Of a stretch of 32,000 bases of DNA, positions 31,754-32,000 are shown one piece after another. Positions within the stretch are counted from its first letter, which is position 1. Every line of letters starts with the position of its first letter. The notes below the pieces were generated by a model that saw only the letters and a list, made by a program, of their open reading frames with translations, made no database searches and was not told the origin of the DNA. A program made the translations under genes and the position numbers. Source of the stretch: Bacillus subtilis subsp. subtilis str. 168 (GTDB lineage Bacteria; Bacillota; Bacilli; Bacillales; Bacillaceae). The DNA is taken from NCBI RefSeq assembly GCF_000009045.1, contig NC_000964.3, forward strand, positions 2,040,001 to 2,072,000. The letters are read 5' to 3'.

Positions 31754-32000
31754 TCAATTCTCATTTTCAAATTGTTTCGCTCTCCATTTCCAATATCTCT
31801 TTCTAAAGCTCTCGTATTGTGCTTTTAAAACCTTATCATTTCTAAAACTTTCACCATCAGACTTAAGCTGATGAATGACATCACTATATTTTGTATGTAA
31901 GCTGTTCGGGATTTCAAGCATTGGGCCAGGTTCTTCTTGAATCAAGTGATGTAAATTAATCTGTGTACCGTCTTTTGCATAAGGGGCATTCCCGTTTTTC
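31754..32000 (-). CDS. yobL: YobL toxin C-terminal domain (LHH nuclease of HNH/EndoVII superfamily), truncated by window edge
   Basis: In-frame reading from window edge: KNGNAPYAKDGTQINLHHLIQEEPGPMLEIPNSLHTKYSDVIHQL...FRKRYWKWRAKQFENEN; LHH motif. Confidence 0.88.
   Translation of the reverse strand, partial: KNGNAPYAKDGTQINLHHLIQEEPGPMLEIPNSLHTKYSDVIHQLKSDGESFRNDKVLKAQYESFRKRYWKWRAKQFENEN

Overview
The window is Bacillus subtilis-group chromosome and matches, by recall and without any database search, the yoaP to yobL interval around the degraded P6 prophage-like element. The left part is ordinary: GNAT protein YoaP, CPCC protein YoaQ, YozF, VanW-like YoaR, YoaS/YozG, YoaT, LysR regulator YoaU and EamA transporter YoaV, YoaW, DJ-1 family YoaZ, class A beta-lactamase PenP, YobA, YobB, the PEP-synthase/rifampin-phosphotransferase-like protein Pps, GH11 xylanase XynA and YobD. 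The right part is an accessory conflict and remnant region: SRAP/HMCES protein YobE, cysteine-peptidase-like YobF, a decayed phage holin, RapK/PhrK, a Y-family polymerase pseudogene with YozL and two LexA-like boxes, YozM, the large membrane-associated P-loop protein YobI, an orphan ORF, the bsrE type I toxin, YobJ, SMI1/KNR4-type YobK, and the LHH-nuclease C-terminus of YobL. The observations I rate highest are: (1) YobI with neighbouring YobJ and bsrE as a candidate uncharacterised membrane conflict system, including homopolymer tracts at the YobI start; (2) a consensus sigma-A promoter plus strong terminator between pps and xynA that would make a roughly 120-nt unannotated RNA; (3) a diverged duplication of the yobB locus about 10 kb apart, including flanks and terminator, together with a second pair of CPCC paralogs; (4) a Y-family polymerase with a stop codon exactly at the catalytic Glu of the SIDE motif and a deleted C-terminal region; (5) Pps domain order inconsistent with a true PEP synthase.
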